Assembly: GCA_044372235.1 (NCBI GenBank)
Contig: JBILSG010000001.1
Span: 1 to 49,871, forward strand
DNA: 49,871 nt
Origin: Chitinophagaceae bacterium
Lineage (GTDB): Bacteria > Bacteroidota > Bacteroidia > Chitinophagales > Chitinophagaceae
Direction: 5' to 3'
Positions 18,687-27,843 of the stretch are shown piece after piece; the stretch's first letter is position 1; each line of letters begins with the position of its first letter. A model generated the notes under the pieces. That model was not told the origin of the DNA and ran no database searches. It saw only the letters and a list, made by a program, of their open reading frames with translations. A program made the position numbers and the translations under genes.

Positions 18687-20240
18687 ATGTCTGACAACAA
18701 TCCCAACATATTTCCGCTTGACGAATTCAACCCTGATCAGCAAAAGGGTAAGAATTCCCCCAATAATCAGCAGTCACCCGGAACCGATCAGAACGGCATT
18801 TCTCAGAGCTCAGAAGATCCCATACTTTTTCCGCTCGATGAATACCAAGTAACACAACCTGCCGCTGCCCCAAAAAAGCGTGCCAGTAAGCCTGCATCAA
18901 ATTCCACTTCAACTGCAAAAACAGCTGCAAGGGCCAAGTCTACCGCAACAGTTCGGCGAACTCCTTCTACTTCTCCTACTACGGTCAATTACCCTCCCAA
19001 TCCACCGGTTAATCCAATCCCAACAGGCCCAAGTCCTTCGCCAGGTGCGGGTACAAAGCCAGCATCCAACAGTGGTTGCGGAGGTTGTTTGGTTTGGATA
19101 CTGCTGATCATGGGATTGGTCTTTTTTAGGGATAATATCCGCCAATCGAAAATATACAATGACCATTTCAAGCCTGTTGTGGGCAAATATGTAGACGGAC
19201 TGGAACAATGGGTAAAAGATAAAAACCCATTTGATAGCAGGGAATCTTCATTTCAAAAGTTCAGAAGCAGCAATCCTGTTTTCCATCTGGATGGTATGGA
19301 TGAAGCGCTGTATACCATAAAACGGACAGATACTTTCAGTACCTCTTCGATCATTTTGACAGATAAAACAGGTAATGAACGATATCGTCATTGGGTTTCG
19401 AAAGGGACTAAAAAAATCAAGTTTAAAAAAAGTATCAAAAATAAAACTTTCAAGAAGGATAGTCCTATAAGGTTGATACAGGATATTGATTCCTTGTTGG
19501 CTTATAATTCGAAATTAAATCAACGGATACTGGTTCAGGAATGGTCTGGTGGGCCGCTTTTTTATGTGCCGGTAAATGGGCTCAGGTATTACAAGGAGAT
19601 TGAATTGGAATTTGTTCCCGACCATATTGATGCATTTGACAATGATCCATCTGGAAGTATTTATTTATCTGAGCACATGTATGAATCCATGTTGAAAGGA
19701 CTGGGAAATGGTTCAATAGGCTTTTCCGATATACCTGTAAGTAAGTATCTGGAAAGTGAAGCTGAAAAGCCTACAGCCGGGAATTCAATTGAAGAAGCAG
19801 AGAAGGCCTATCTCAGTAAAGACTATGAATCAGCAAGAGCCATTTATGATCAGGTATTAAAAGAAGGGCCGTTCAATCAGTCGGCATTGTTGGGAAGGGC
19901 AAACACCCTCTTGATGATGAACAAATTTGAACTTGCCCTGAAGGATTACAATACCATCATCACCCTTTCTGCACAGAAAATTAATGATGGTGAATCCAAT
20001 GAAACCATGAATGATGCTATTGTTTATAGGGGCGTAACACAGTATTTTCTGGGGAATTATGAACCGGCGATGAATGATCTTGACAGGATACTTGAAAAGG
20101 GCATTTCAAATGCTGATGCCTATCTGTTCAGGGGATTATGCAAAAAGCAGCTGGGTGTTGAGGATAATGGATGCAGCGATTTCAGTAGGGCTTTGGAACT
20201 CGGAAGAAAGGATGCTGAAGAATTCTTATGCTCAAATTAA
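18687..20240 (+). CDS. Single-pass membrane protein with a disordered Pro/Ser/Thr-rich N-terminus and C-terminal TPRs
   Basis: Low-complexity N-terminus, GCGGC followed by TM LVWILLIMGLVFF, and C-terminal TPRs (ALLGRAN..ALKDY; AYLFRGL..GCSDFSRALELG). Confidence 0.8.
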   Translation: MSDNNPNIFPLDEFNPDQQKGKNSPNNQQSPGTDQNGISQSSEDPILFPLDEYQVTQPAAAPKKRASKPASNSTSTAKTAARAKSTATVRRTPSTSPTTVNYPPNPPVNPIPTGPSPSPGAGTKPASNSGCGGCLVWILLIMGLVFFRDNIRQSKIYNDHFKPVVGKYVDGLEQWVKDKNPFDSRESSFQKFRSSNPVFHLDGMDEALYTIKRTDTFSTSSIILTDKTGNERYRHWVSKGTKKIKFKKSIKNKTFKKDSPIRLIQDIDSLLAYNSKLNQRILVQEWSGGPLFYVPVNGLRYYKEIELEFVPDHIDAFDNDPSGSIYLSEHMYESMLKGLGNGSIGFSDIPVSKYLESEAEKPTAGNSIEEAEKAYLSKDYESARAIYDQVLKEGPFNQSALLGRANTLLMMNKFELALKDYNTIITLSAQKINDGESNETMNDAIVYRGVTQYFLGNYEPAMNDLDRILEKGISNADAYLFRGLCKKQLGVEDNGCSDFSRALELGRKDAEEFLCSN

Positions 20241-20261
20241 ACAAAACCCAAAAACAATTTT

Positions 20262-20414
20262 ATGTCTACCTATCAAACAATCGAATGCAAGTGCGGGCGT
20301 AATTACAGGAATAAAGAGATGTTCAGTAACTGCCCTTCTTGAGGTGCCTTTAGAATTATATCCAATTGCATTGGTATCATTTTTGCTTCTATTTCCTTGT
20401 ATAAATTGAAGTGA
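20262..20414 (+). pseudogene. Possible small Zn-ribbon + hydrophobic-tail ORF interrupted by TGA at a Cys position
   Basis: ATG at 20262 after an A-rich leader. Reads MSTYQTIECKCGRNYRNKEMFSNCPS*GAFRIISNCIGIIFASISLYKLK*, with the internal TGA at 20340-20342. Confidence 0.4.
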
Positions 20415-20558
20415 TTATTTTGACAAAACAAACTGTACATATCATTCCTACAAATATCAGGTCATTTATCAAAGTATGTTTATTAATGAAAGAGCATGTT
20501 TCATTTTAAAAACCATTATTCAAAAAACATTTTATAAATTCTAGCGTAAATACTATTT

Positions 20559-22265
20559 ATGAATAATATTCTTATTAACAGTTCCCTGTCATCTGTTTTT
20601 CTGAAAATTGGAGAAACTGCATCATTTTCTGATTTTGGGGATTATTCCAAAATAAAAAGCAGACTTTCATCAAAAGTATTGGCCGAGAAGTTGACCATTC
20701 CTGACGCAAGACTTGGGGATTTTGAAGAGGCTCTGAGACAGTTTTTCAACCATAAAGACGATCCCAACAAATCACGGATATCCTTTTTTCGCATAGCACT
20801 TTGGCTTGAAACCATCTGCAAAAACCTAAATGTCAATTTCAATTTGGATGAAGCCATCAGCAATGAAGCTTTGGCAATCAAACAGGTAAGGGCATTGGAA
20901 TTGATACTGAGGGACTTGGTGAATGATACCAATGGGGGGAAAGATAATGTTTTGCAGAAACTCAATCAATTGTTCAAAACTGAAGTCGTTGAAAAGTGGT
21001 TGAAGAACGCGGATGAAACAGGTGTTTTGAGTGGGACAACTTTTAGTGAATTGTCAAGCATATTCCTCGATAAGAACATTTTCAAAAGTGTAGAGGATAT
21101 GTTTGAACACTCTCCGATTGCCATATCAAAGTCTTCCAGGGATTCTTTGAGATCCATATTGGAAGATATCAGATTGATAAGAAATACCATCGCCCACAAT
21201 AAGAAAATATCATTGGTGCAGGTCGAAGCACTCAATGAATATTATGGAACAATTTCGGCCATGATTAAAGAGGCCAAATCGAATAATATCAATCCCGATT
21301 CTTATTTGGACATGGACAGGGAAAAATTGGACAGTTTCTTGTCCGGTTTAAAAGAGGACAACAGAGCCATTTCAGAAGGTATAGAAGAGGTGAAAACAGA
21401 CATCAAATCCGTAAAAACAGACACGGGAGCAATCAAAAAGCGATCAGCAATTATTATTGTGGGTGTTTTTGTAACCTTATTGGTTGCAGGTGCCATTCTT
21501 TTTCTTGTATCCAAACAATCGGTTTCCACCAATGAAATGGGAAAGAATATAAAGGATGTCAAAGATATTGTATCAGGTGATGCCGAGCTCAAAAACATGT
21601 CAAGTACAGATGATTTGACAGCCACAAAGGAATTGAACGAACGTACGAAAGACATAAACGCCAAAAGGGTAGCCATACTCTATTTTGATAATTCTGGGGG
21701 TGAGGCTTCGATGGACAAATTGAAAAAGGGCTTGGCTGATATGATGATTACGGATCTTTCAAACATAAGGATGCTCAATATTGTAGAGCGGGACAAGCTG
21801 GAATCCATTCTCAAAGAACAAAAGCTGAACAAAAGCAAAGAATTTGACCCTTCCACTGCATCCAAAGTGGGAAAATTGTTGGGAGCACAAATCATATTGA
21901 CAGGCGGATATTTTGAAATGATGGGAGCACTGAGAATTGATGCTCGTTTCATAGATGTTGAAACTGGGAAAATATTGAAATCTGATGGTGTTGATGGTCA
22001 AACATCCTCCTTTTTCAAAATACAGAAACAGTTGTCATGGAAGATCATCAAAAATATGGATACAAAAATTTCGGATGAAGAACGAAAGGAATTGGAAAAC
22101 AGTGAAAAGACAAAGGCATTGTCAATGGATGACATGACTAAATATTCAAAGGCATTGGATTACTATGACAATGGTAATAAGGTTGAATCCAAAAAGATTG
22201 CAGTTGATCTGCAAAAAAAATATCCAGATTTTCTGCCAGTATTGAATCTTTTGAAAAAGCTATGA
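20559..22265 (+). CDS. HEPN (Swt1/STY4199-like) - coiled coil - TM - CsgG/FlgO-like domain fusion protein
   Basis: RALELILR and IRNTIAH (R-x4-H, 21180-21197) HEPN-type motifs. TM SAIIIVGVFVTLLVAGAILFLV. C-terminal RVAILYFDN..VERDKLESILKEQKL..VGKLLGAQIILTG..IDARFIDVETGKI, typical of CsgG/HfaB/FlgO-like domains. Confidence 0.78.
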   Translation: MNNILINSSLSSVFLKIGETASFSDFGDYSKIKSRLSSKVLAEKLTIPDARLGDFEEALRQFFNHKDDPNKSRISFFRIALWLETICKNLNVNFNLDEAISNEALAIKQVRALELILRDLVNDTNGGKDNVLQKLNQLFKTEVVEKWLKNADETGVLSGTTFSELSSIFLDKNIFKSVEDMFEHSPIAISKSSRDSLRSILEDIRLIRNTIAHNKKISLVQVEALNEYYGTISAMIKEAKSNNINPDSYLDMDREKLDSFLSGLKEDNRAISEGIEEVKTDIKSVKTDTGAIKKRSAIIIVGVFVTLLVAGAILFLVSKQSVSTNEMGKNIKDVKDIVSGDAELKNMSSTDDLTATKELNERTKDINAKRVAILYFDNSGGEASMDKLKKGLADMMITDLSNIRMLNIVERDKLESILKEQKLNKSKEFDPSTASKVGKLLGAQIILTGGYFEMMGALRIDARFIDVETGKILKSDGVDGQTSSFFKIQKQLSWKIIKNMDTKISDEERKELENSEKTKALSMDDMTKYSKALDYYDNGNKVESKKIAVDLQKKYPDFLPVLNLLKKL

Positions 22266-22266
22266 T

Positions 22267-25050
22267 ATGAAAACAATTTTTTTATCAATATTCGTTTTTT
22301 TTTCATGCATTACATCATTTGGACAAGTATCCAGAGTGGCAATTCTTGACTTTGATAATATTTCGGGCATAGCTAAATATGACGGATTGGGAAAGGCGAT
22401 GAGCAGCATGCTCATTTCCGATATAGAATCAAACGTTTCACCGAAAAGACTTCAACTGGTCGAGCGTGCCCAGATCCAAAAGATTTTGAAAGAACAGAAA
22501 TTCCAGGCAAGTTCAAATGTGAATAAGGCAACTGCTGTTCAAGCTGGAAAGATTTTGGGAGTCAAGTATCTTCTGGTAGGGGATGTTTTTATTCTGAATG
22601 ATCAGCTTGTTATCAATGCGAGACTGGCAAATACAGAAACTGGAGATATTGTTTTTTCTAAGAAGCAAGAAGGTAAAGTGATTAATTGGTTGGCTTTAAA
22701 AACAAGTATTGCCAAGGAATTGGCAACGAAATTAGCTATGCCATTTACTGAACCTAGGATTATTGATGCAATAATTGCTCCTGCGGTATTGACAATATAT
22801 GCAAATGCGATTGATGAGAAAGATAAGGGCAACTTTGAGAAAGCAGAAACATTGATAAGTACTGCTAAAGAGTTTGATCCTGCTTTTGGTTATTTAGATG
22901 ATTTAAGAGATGATGTTGATAAGTTAAAAAAGCAAATAGCTGAACAAGGGAAGAAAATAGAGACATTAGAAAAAAGTGACACCATCCAGAATAAAAAATT
23001 GTCAACATTAGAGGTAAGTGATATCAAACAAGAAAGTAAGATAAATATACTAGAAAATAGTGGCGGAAGAGTTGTAAATGCAAAAACATACGAAGAATTA
23101 CAGTTGAATCTTTCCAATCCATTAACTACTTATGAAGATAGAAAAAAGCTATTTGTTCAAATTATAAATACTTATCCAGATAAGTGGGGGAAAAATGGAA
23201 TTGGAGGTTTTTATGATATTTTTCAAAAGAAATTTGATTTAAAAGAACTTGGTTTAAATGGATGTACTTTTTTGTTGAATGATATTTTAAAATCTAGAGA
23301 GTTTATTAGTAAATCAAATTTGAAATTTTTTGACAAAAATATTTATTTCTTTCTTGGATCTGCTTTAATGTCTGCTCAGAGAAAAGTAAGTTGGGAGCAT
23401 GATTTCACAGAAGATGATTATATAGAGTTTAAAAAAGTAGCAGATTTTATTACGAAAAATGCATTTGATAATTCTGGTGAGCAATTATTTGCTGAATTTA
23501 ACATTTTGTCAAGTTTTAATAGAGATTTAAAACAATTTAATCAACTTATAAAAAAAGAAATTTTATCAAATTATAAGAGCATATTTGACTTAATTGAATT
23601 TTCATTTGGAACTCAAATAATTTTGATGAGTGATAATGCAATAGCTAAGAATAATGATGCACCTTATTATATTAAAACAAATTTACTTGCTGCACAAGAG
23701 GTAATTATATTTTTATCAGCAAAACGAAATGATTATCGAAAAGTTTTAGATATATTTCGATCATTGAATATACTTGTATCAGACCAAAATGCTTTTCATT
23801 ATTTTTATAAAAATAATATTGAAAATGAGACTAGAAATAAAAGTTATTTTAATGATATCAAGAAGATATATGATTATTTTTTGATTCCATCATTTGATGC
23901 CCAAAATCCATATTTAATAGATATTAAAGATAATCAAACCGTTAATGAATTTGCTGAAATTATTCCTTATAATGAGGCAACGAGACGAGTAATTATTCGT
24001 TTAGATTCTGCTACACGTCGTTATACGCGTATTATGGAATCGCTTAGAAAACAAAATATCGACGACCCTTGTCGAGTTAGTTCACAGAGTAGCTTGCTAA
24101 TAAAACATTCGGATAGTATAGCCCTGATTAGTGATATTTATGTACTGAATAATAAATTTGATATTGGATCGAGAGTAGAACTAATTTATAATTATGGAAC
24201 TGATAAATTATATGCATATGTAGTTGGTAAAAAAATAACTAATACTTCAAAAGAATTTGAAATAATCGACAAAAACCTCAATAAAAAATTAAATAAAAAT
24301 CAAATTATAAAATTTACTCGTAATGAAAAATTCAATTTCAGCGACTTAAATGCAAATAATATTGATGAAGATAATCAAAGGAAGTTCGAGAATAGTCGAT
24401 TGGAATGTGAAGCAAAAAAAAGACAGGAACAAGAGCAAAAAGCAAGATTAGAATATTTTAAAAAACAAGCAGAGGAACAAAAACAAAAAGAGGAACTTAA
24501 GAAACTTGCATATAAAAATAAAATTATAACAGTATTTGATTTATTCAAAAACAAATCAAAAGATTTAGATTCGATATCTTTTAATCATCTAATCGATGAG
24601 GAAAAGGACGGATTAATCGGATTAGATTCTATTTTTAGTCTTGCATTTCATTTAATTGTGGACGATATAAAGAATCCATTAAGCAATAGAAATTCAAATC
24701 CGATATTAAATGCTCAACTTTCTATTTTACTTAACTTATATTTTATTGACCAAATCGAATCACGCAATATTTATCCAGTTACTGTTAGTAATTTTAAAAA
24801 TGCAGCTATAATCAACCTTGCTCACGGTTATCTACTTGTCTCCATTAAATTTAGTATTGATGCATTTGATTTGGCTACAACTGAGTATAAAAAAGTTGCA
24901 GCTAATTTTAAATTTGGTCAAGAATTTAACTCAATAACTAGGGAAGCAATGATTGCACTTGATTGGAATGATTTCATAGCAAAAGGACTTGTTACAAAAA
25001 AACAGATAGATGATTTTAATCAGAAATTTAAAATTTTGGATAATTTCTAA
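22267..25050 (+). CDS. Secreted CsgG/FlgO-like domain protein with a long divergent C-terminus
   Basis: Signal peptide MKTIFLSIFVFFSCITSFG|Q (FFSC could alternatively be a lipobox). RVAILDFDN..VERAQIQKILKEQK..GKILGVKYLLVG..ARLANTETGDI, then a coiled coil and an AT-rich C-terminal region. Starts 1 nt after the upstream stop. Confidence 0.82.
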   Translation: MKTIFLSIFVFFSCITSFGQVSRVAILDFDNISGIAKYDGLGKAMSSMLISDIESNVSPKRLQLVERAQIQKILKEQKFQASSNVNKATAVQAGKILGVKYLLVGDVFILNDQLVINARLANTETGDIVFSKKQEGKVINWLALKTSIAKELATKLAMPFTEPRIIDAIIAPAVLTIYANAIDEKDKGNFEKAETLISTAKEFDPAFGYLDDLRDDVDKLKKQIAEQGKKIETLEKSDTIQNKKLSTLEVSDIKQESKINILENSGGRVVNAKTYEELQLNLSNPLTTYEDRKKLFVQIINTYPDKWGKNGIGGFYDIFQKKFDLKELGLNGCTFLLNDILKSREFISKSNLKFFDKNIYFFLGSALMSAQRKVSWEHDFTEDDYIEFKKVADFITKNAFDNSGEQLFAEFNILSSFNRDLKQFNQLIKKEILSNYKSIFDLIEFSFGTQIILMSDNAIAKNNDAPYYIKTNLLAAQEVIIFLSAKRNDYRKVLDIFRSLNILVSDQNAFHYFYKNNIENETRNKSYFNDIKKIYDYFLIPSFDAQNPYLIDIKDNQTVNEFAEIIPYNEATRRVIIRLDSATRRYTRIMESLRKQNIDDPCRVSSQSSLLIKHSDSIALISDIYVLNNKFDIGSRVELIYNYGTDKLYAYVVGKKITNTSKEFEIIDKNLNKKLNKNQIIKFTRNEKFNFSDLNANNIDEDNQRKFENSRLECEAKKRQEQEQKARLEYFKKQAEEQKQKEELKKLAYKNKIITVFDLFKNKSKDLDSISFNHLIDEEKDGLIGLDSIFSLAFHLIVDDIKNPLSNRNSNPILNAQLSILLNLYFIDQIESRNIYPVTVSNFKNAAIINLAHGYLLVSIKFSIDAFDLATTEYKKVAANFKFGQEFNSITREAMIALDWNDFIAKGLVTKKQIDDFNQKFKILDNF

Positions 25051-25135
25051 GTTATTAATTATGATTAATTCAATACTATAGAGAACAGATATTTATTTCA
25101 ATTGATTGATTTTAAATCTGATAATTAAAAAAAAT

Positions 25136-27268
25136 ATGCTTTATATCTGTACTTCTTTAAGAAACTTAATTACTATAATTATTTTATTATTTCTTATCAA
25201 TTCCGTCCAATCTCAGGTAATTCGTATTGCCATTCTTGACTTTGATAATATTTCGGGTATAGCGAAGTATGACGGACTGGGGAAGGCCATGAGCAGTATG
25301 CTCATTTCAGATATTGAATCAAACGTTTCTCCGAAAAGACTCCAATTAGTTGAACGTGCCCAACTCCAAAAAATCCTGGTTGAACAAAAATTCCAAGCTA
25401 CTTCAAATGTGAATAAGGCAACAGCAGTTCAAGCTGGAAAGATTTTGGGAGTCAAATATCTTTTGGTAGGTGATGTATTCATCCTGAATGATCAATTGGT
25501 CATCAATACCCGGTTGGCTAATACGGAAACGGGTGATATCATTTTCTCAAAAAAACAGGAAGGGAAGTTATCGGGATGGTTGACGTTGAAAACCAATATT
25601 GCAAGAGATCTAGCAGGCAGCCTTTCCATGCCATTCACCGTTCCCCGTATTGCTGATGCTGTTGTTTCCCCTGCCATTCTGACAACCTATGCAAGCGCCA
25701 TTGAAGAGAAAGACAAAGGTAATTTTGAGAAAGCGGAAATTCTTATAAGTACTGCCAAAGAATTTGATGGTGGATTCGGATACCTGGATGATTTGAAGGA
25801 AGATGTTGAAAAGTTGAAAAAAGTGGTGGCCGAGCAGGGAAAAAAAATAGAGGTATTGGAAAAAAGCGGAGGAAGAATTATTGGCGCTACATCATACAAG
25901 GAAAATCTTCTAAATTTTTACAGTAACCTTACAACCAATTTAGAGAAAGAGCAAATCGTATTAAGGCTTATAAGAGAATTTCCAGAGAATTTTGACTCTG
26001 CATTTACCTATGTTGAATTCTTGTTTTTTCATCAAGAATACGATGTAAAATATGGCCGAATTTCAGATGAATTCTCCTTCAAAACCTATAATGCTATCAT
26101 TTCCCCATTATTGATTACTTTGGATACTGTCCAAAACAAAAATTTGTTTGCAAAATATTTGTTTTTGAAATCCATTTATTTAATAAATAGTTCATATGAA
26201 TCCCATATTTCTGATATTCAAAAATTTGACGCGCCTTCGTATGAAGAATTCAAATCAAATTCTTCAAAAATACTCAGTTTATTAGCGACTAATGAGGAGG
26301 AAAAGAATTACTACAAATTATTCCTATATAGTGGATTTTATGGAATGACCAATTTGTCCACTACTTTACATCCCGAAATTCAAAAAGATATTATCGAGAA
26401 CTTTAAAATTCTCTTTGGTACATTGGACTTCAATTATGTTGGTCAGGTACTTGATGTGACCAAGGAGTATAATAATAATGACAAATATTATCCTTATTAC
26501 AAAAGTAATGCATATAACGAGGCTTGTTTGAAATTGCTTGCATTTATCGCATCAGAAAAGGTTGCATTCAAAAATGTATTCAAGAAACTTGAACCATATC
26601 TTAATACATATCATAATGATTTGAAAGACCTAAAAAAAGAGAAGCCATTTGAAAACAATGATTTTATGGTTTCACTGGAAGAATATTGTGCGGACTTGTT
26701 TGCCATTCCATCTGTGTTGAATAATGGAAAATTCAAGTACAATTCAAGCTTCACTGATAAATATTTAATCGGGGATGCGTATATTGTCAAACTAGATGAT
26801 AGTTACAAAAATCAGGTAATAAGTTTGGATTCTGTAAATCGAAGGTATAAGTGGATATATGAATACACGGATACCATGAAATTTGAATCACCATGTGATT
26901 ATGCGAATATGAAATCCGTTTTTTTGAAAAAAGCTGACAGTTCGGCTTTTGAAAATATATTGTTTATCCTTTCTGATCACCTTGAAATTGGAACACGATT
27001 GTCGATAGTTTTTAATACAAAAAAAGATACGATTCCAGGTTTGGTCATTGGGAAAACGGCATTCAAAAACAATTCTACCATAGAAATATTGGAAACGAGT
27101 ATTGCGAAAAAGGTTGATAAATCAAGACCCGTATTGCTAAAGGTTGATGATAGTGCAGAAAAGTATTACATTGAAAAGAGTGACATTGATTATAAGTCCT
27201 ATTTTGATGATCAAATCAAAGAATGTGAGGAGATTAAAAAAGAAAACAAAATTCCAAATCCCGAATGA
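25136..27268 (+). CDS. Secreted CsgG/FlgO-like domain protein, paralog of 22267-25050
   Basis: The ORF track starts it at TTG 25106; ATG 25136 gives signal peptide ...LFLINSVQS|Q. The first ~220 mature residues are near-identical to the upstream paralog, and the C-terminus is only weakly similar. Confidence 0.82.
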   Translation: MLYICTSLRNLITIIILLFLINSVQSQVIRIAILDFDNISGIAKYDGLGKAMSSMLISDIESNVSPKRLQLVERAQLQKILVEQKFQATSNVNKATAVQAGKILGVKYLLVGDVFILNDQLVINTRLANTETGDIIFSKKQEGKLSGWLTLKTNIARDLAGSLSMPFTVPRIADAVVSPAILTTYASAIEEKDKGNFEKAEILISTAKEFDGGFGYLDDLKEDVEKLKKVVAEQGKKIEVLEKSGGRIIGATSYKENLLNFYSNLTTNLEKEQIVLRLIREFPENFDSAFTYVEFLFFHQEYDVKYGRISDEFSFKTYNAIISPLLITLDTVQNKNLFAKYLFLKSIYLINSSYESHISDIQKFDAPSYEEFKSNSSKILSLLATNEEEKNYYKLFLYSGFYGMTNLSTTLHPEIQKDIIENFKILFGTLDFNYVGQVLDVTKEYNNNDKYYPYYKSNAYNEACLKLLAFIASEKVAFKNVFKKLEPYLNTYHNDLKDLKKEKPFENNDFMVSLEEYCADLFAIPSVLNNGKFKYNSSFTDKYLIGDAYIVKLDDSYKNQVISLDSVNRRYKWIYEYTDTMKFESPCDYANMKSVFLKKADSSAFENILFILSDHLEIGTRLSIVFNTKKDTIPGLVIGKTAFKNNSTIEILETSIAKKVDKSRPVLLKVDDSAEKYYIEKSDIDYKSYFDDQIKECEEIKKENKIPNPE

Positions 27269-27813
27269 CCAACTTCAAATCAATCGCCGACTCAGAAACA
27301 ACCATAACTGAATTGATGGTTCCATCTTATGCTAATTTTGGGGGTAAAGTCCATGGCGGTGTCCTCCTTTCCCTGATGGATAAGGTGGCATATGTTTGTG
27401 CAACCAAGCACAGTCATGCTTATTGCGTTACAGTAGCTGTAGAAGGAGTTGAATTCTTGCATCCGGTGGAAGTGGGCGACTTGCTCACAATCAGGGCATC
27501 TATCAATTATGTAGGTAATACCACCATGATTGTGGGTATGCGTGTGGAATCACAAAACCCAAGATCCGGTGTCAACAAGCACACGAATTCATGTTACTTT
27601 ACCATGTTGGCCAAAAATGATGAAGGGGTTCCCATACCGGTACCTGGTCTTCTGATAGAAAATGAAATCCAGTTGAGAAGATTTTGCGAAGGGCGGTATT
27701 TAAAAAAGTTATCTCTGGAAAAAAGAAACATGCTCCGCTCAGACCTGCGGGAACACAATGTGGAAATTCTTACCGATCAATGCAGGGATGAAAAATGCAA
27801 AATCAATTTTTAA
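27265..27813 (+). CDS. Acyl-CoA thioesterase (hotdog fold, YciA-like)
   Basis: ANFGGKVHGGVLLSLMD, CVTVAV..VEFLHPVEVGD, VGNTTM and YFTM motifs. Confidence 0.92.
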   Translation: MTNFKSIADSETTITELMVPSYANFGGKVHGGVLLSLMDKVAYVCATKHSHAYCVTVAVEGVEFLHPVEVGDLLTIRASINYVGNTTMIVGMRVESQNPRSGVNKHTNSCYFTMLAKNDEGVPIPVPGLLIENEIQLRRFCEGRYLKKLSLEKRNMLRSDLREHNVEILTDQCRDEKCKINF

Positions 27814-27843
27814 TCTTTATTTTCAACTGCCAAACTGCTGCAA

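Noticed and set aside
20074-20409. 111-aa plus-strand ORF from the track
   Set aside because: It overlaps the TPR gene end out of frame. The alternative frame from 20262 has a better start context and a Cys pattern.
20559-27268. Curli secretion (csg) operon
   Set aside because: Only a CsgG/FlgO-like domain is present, fused to unrelated regions. There are no curlin-repeat, CsgE or CsgF genes, so no csgG symbol was assigned.
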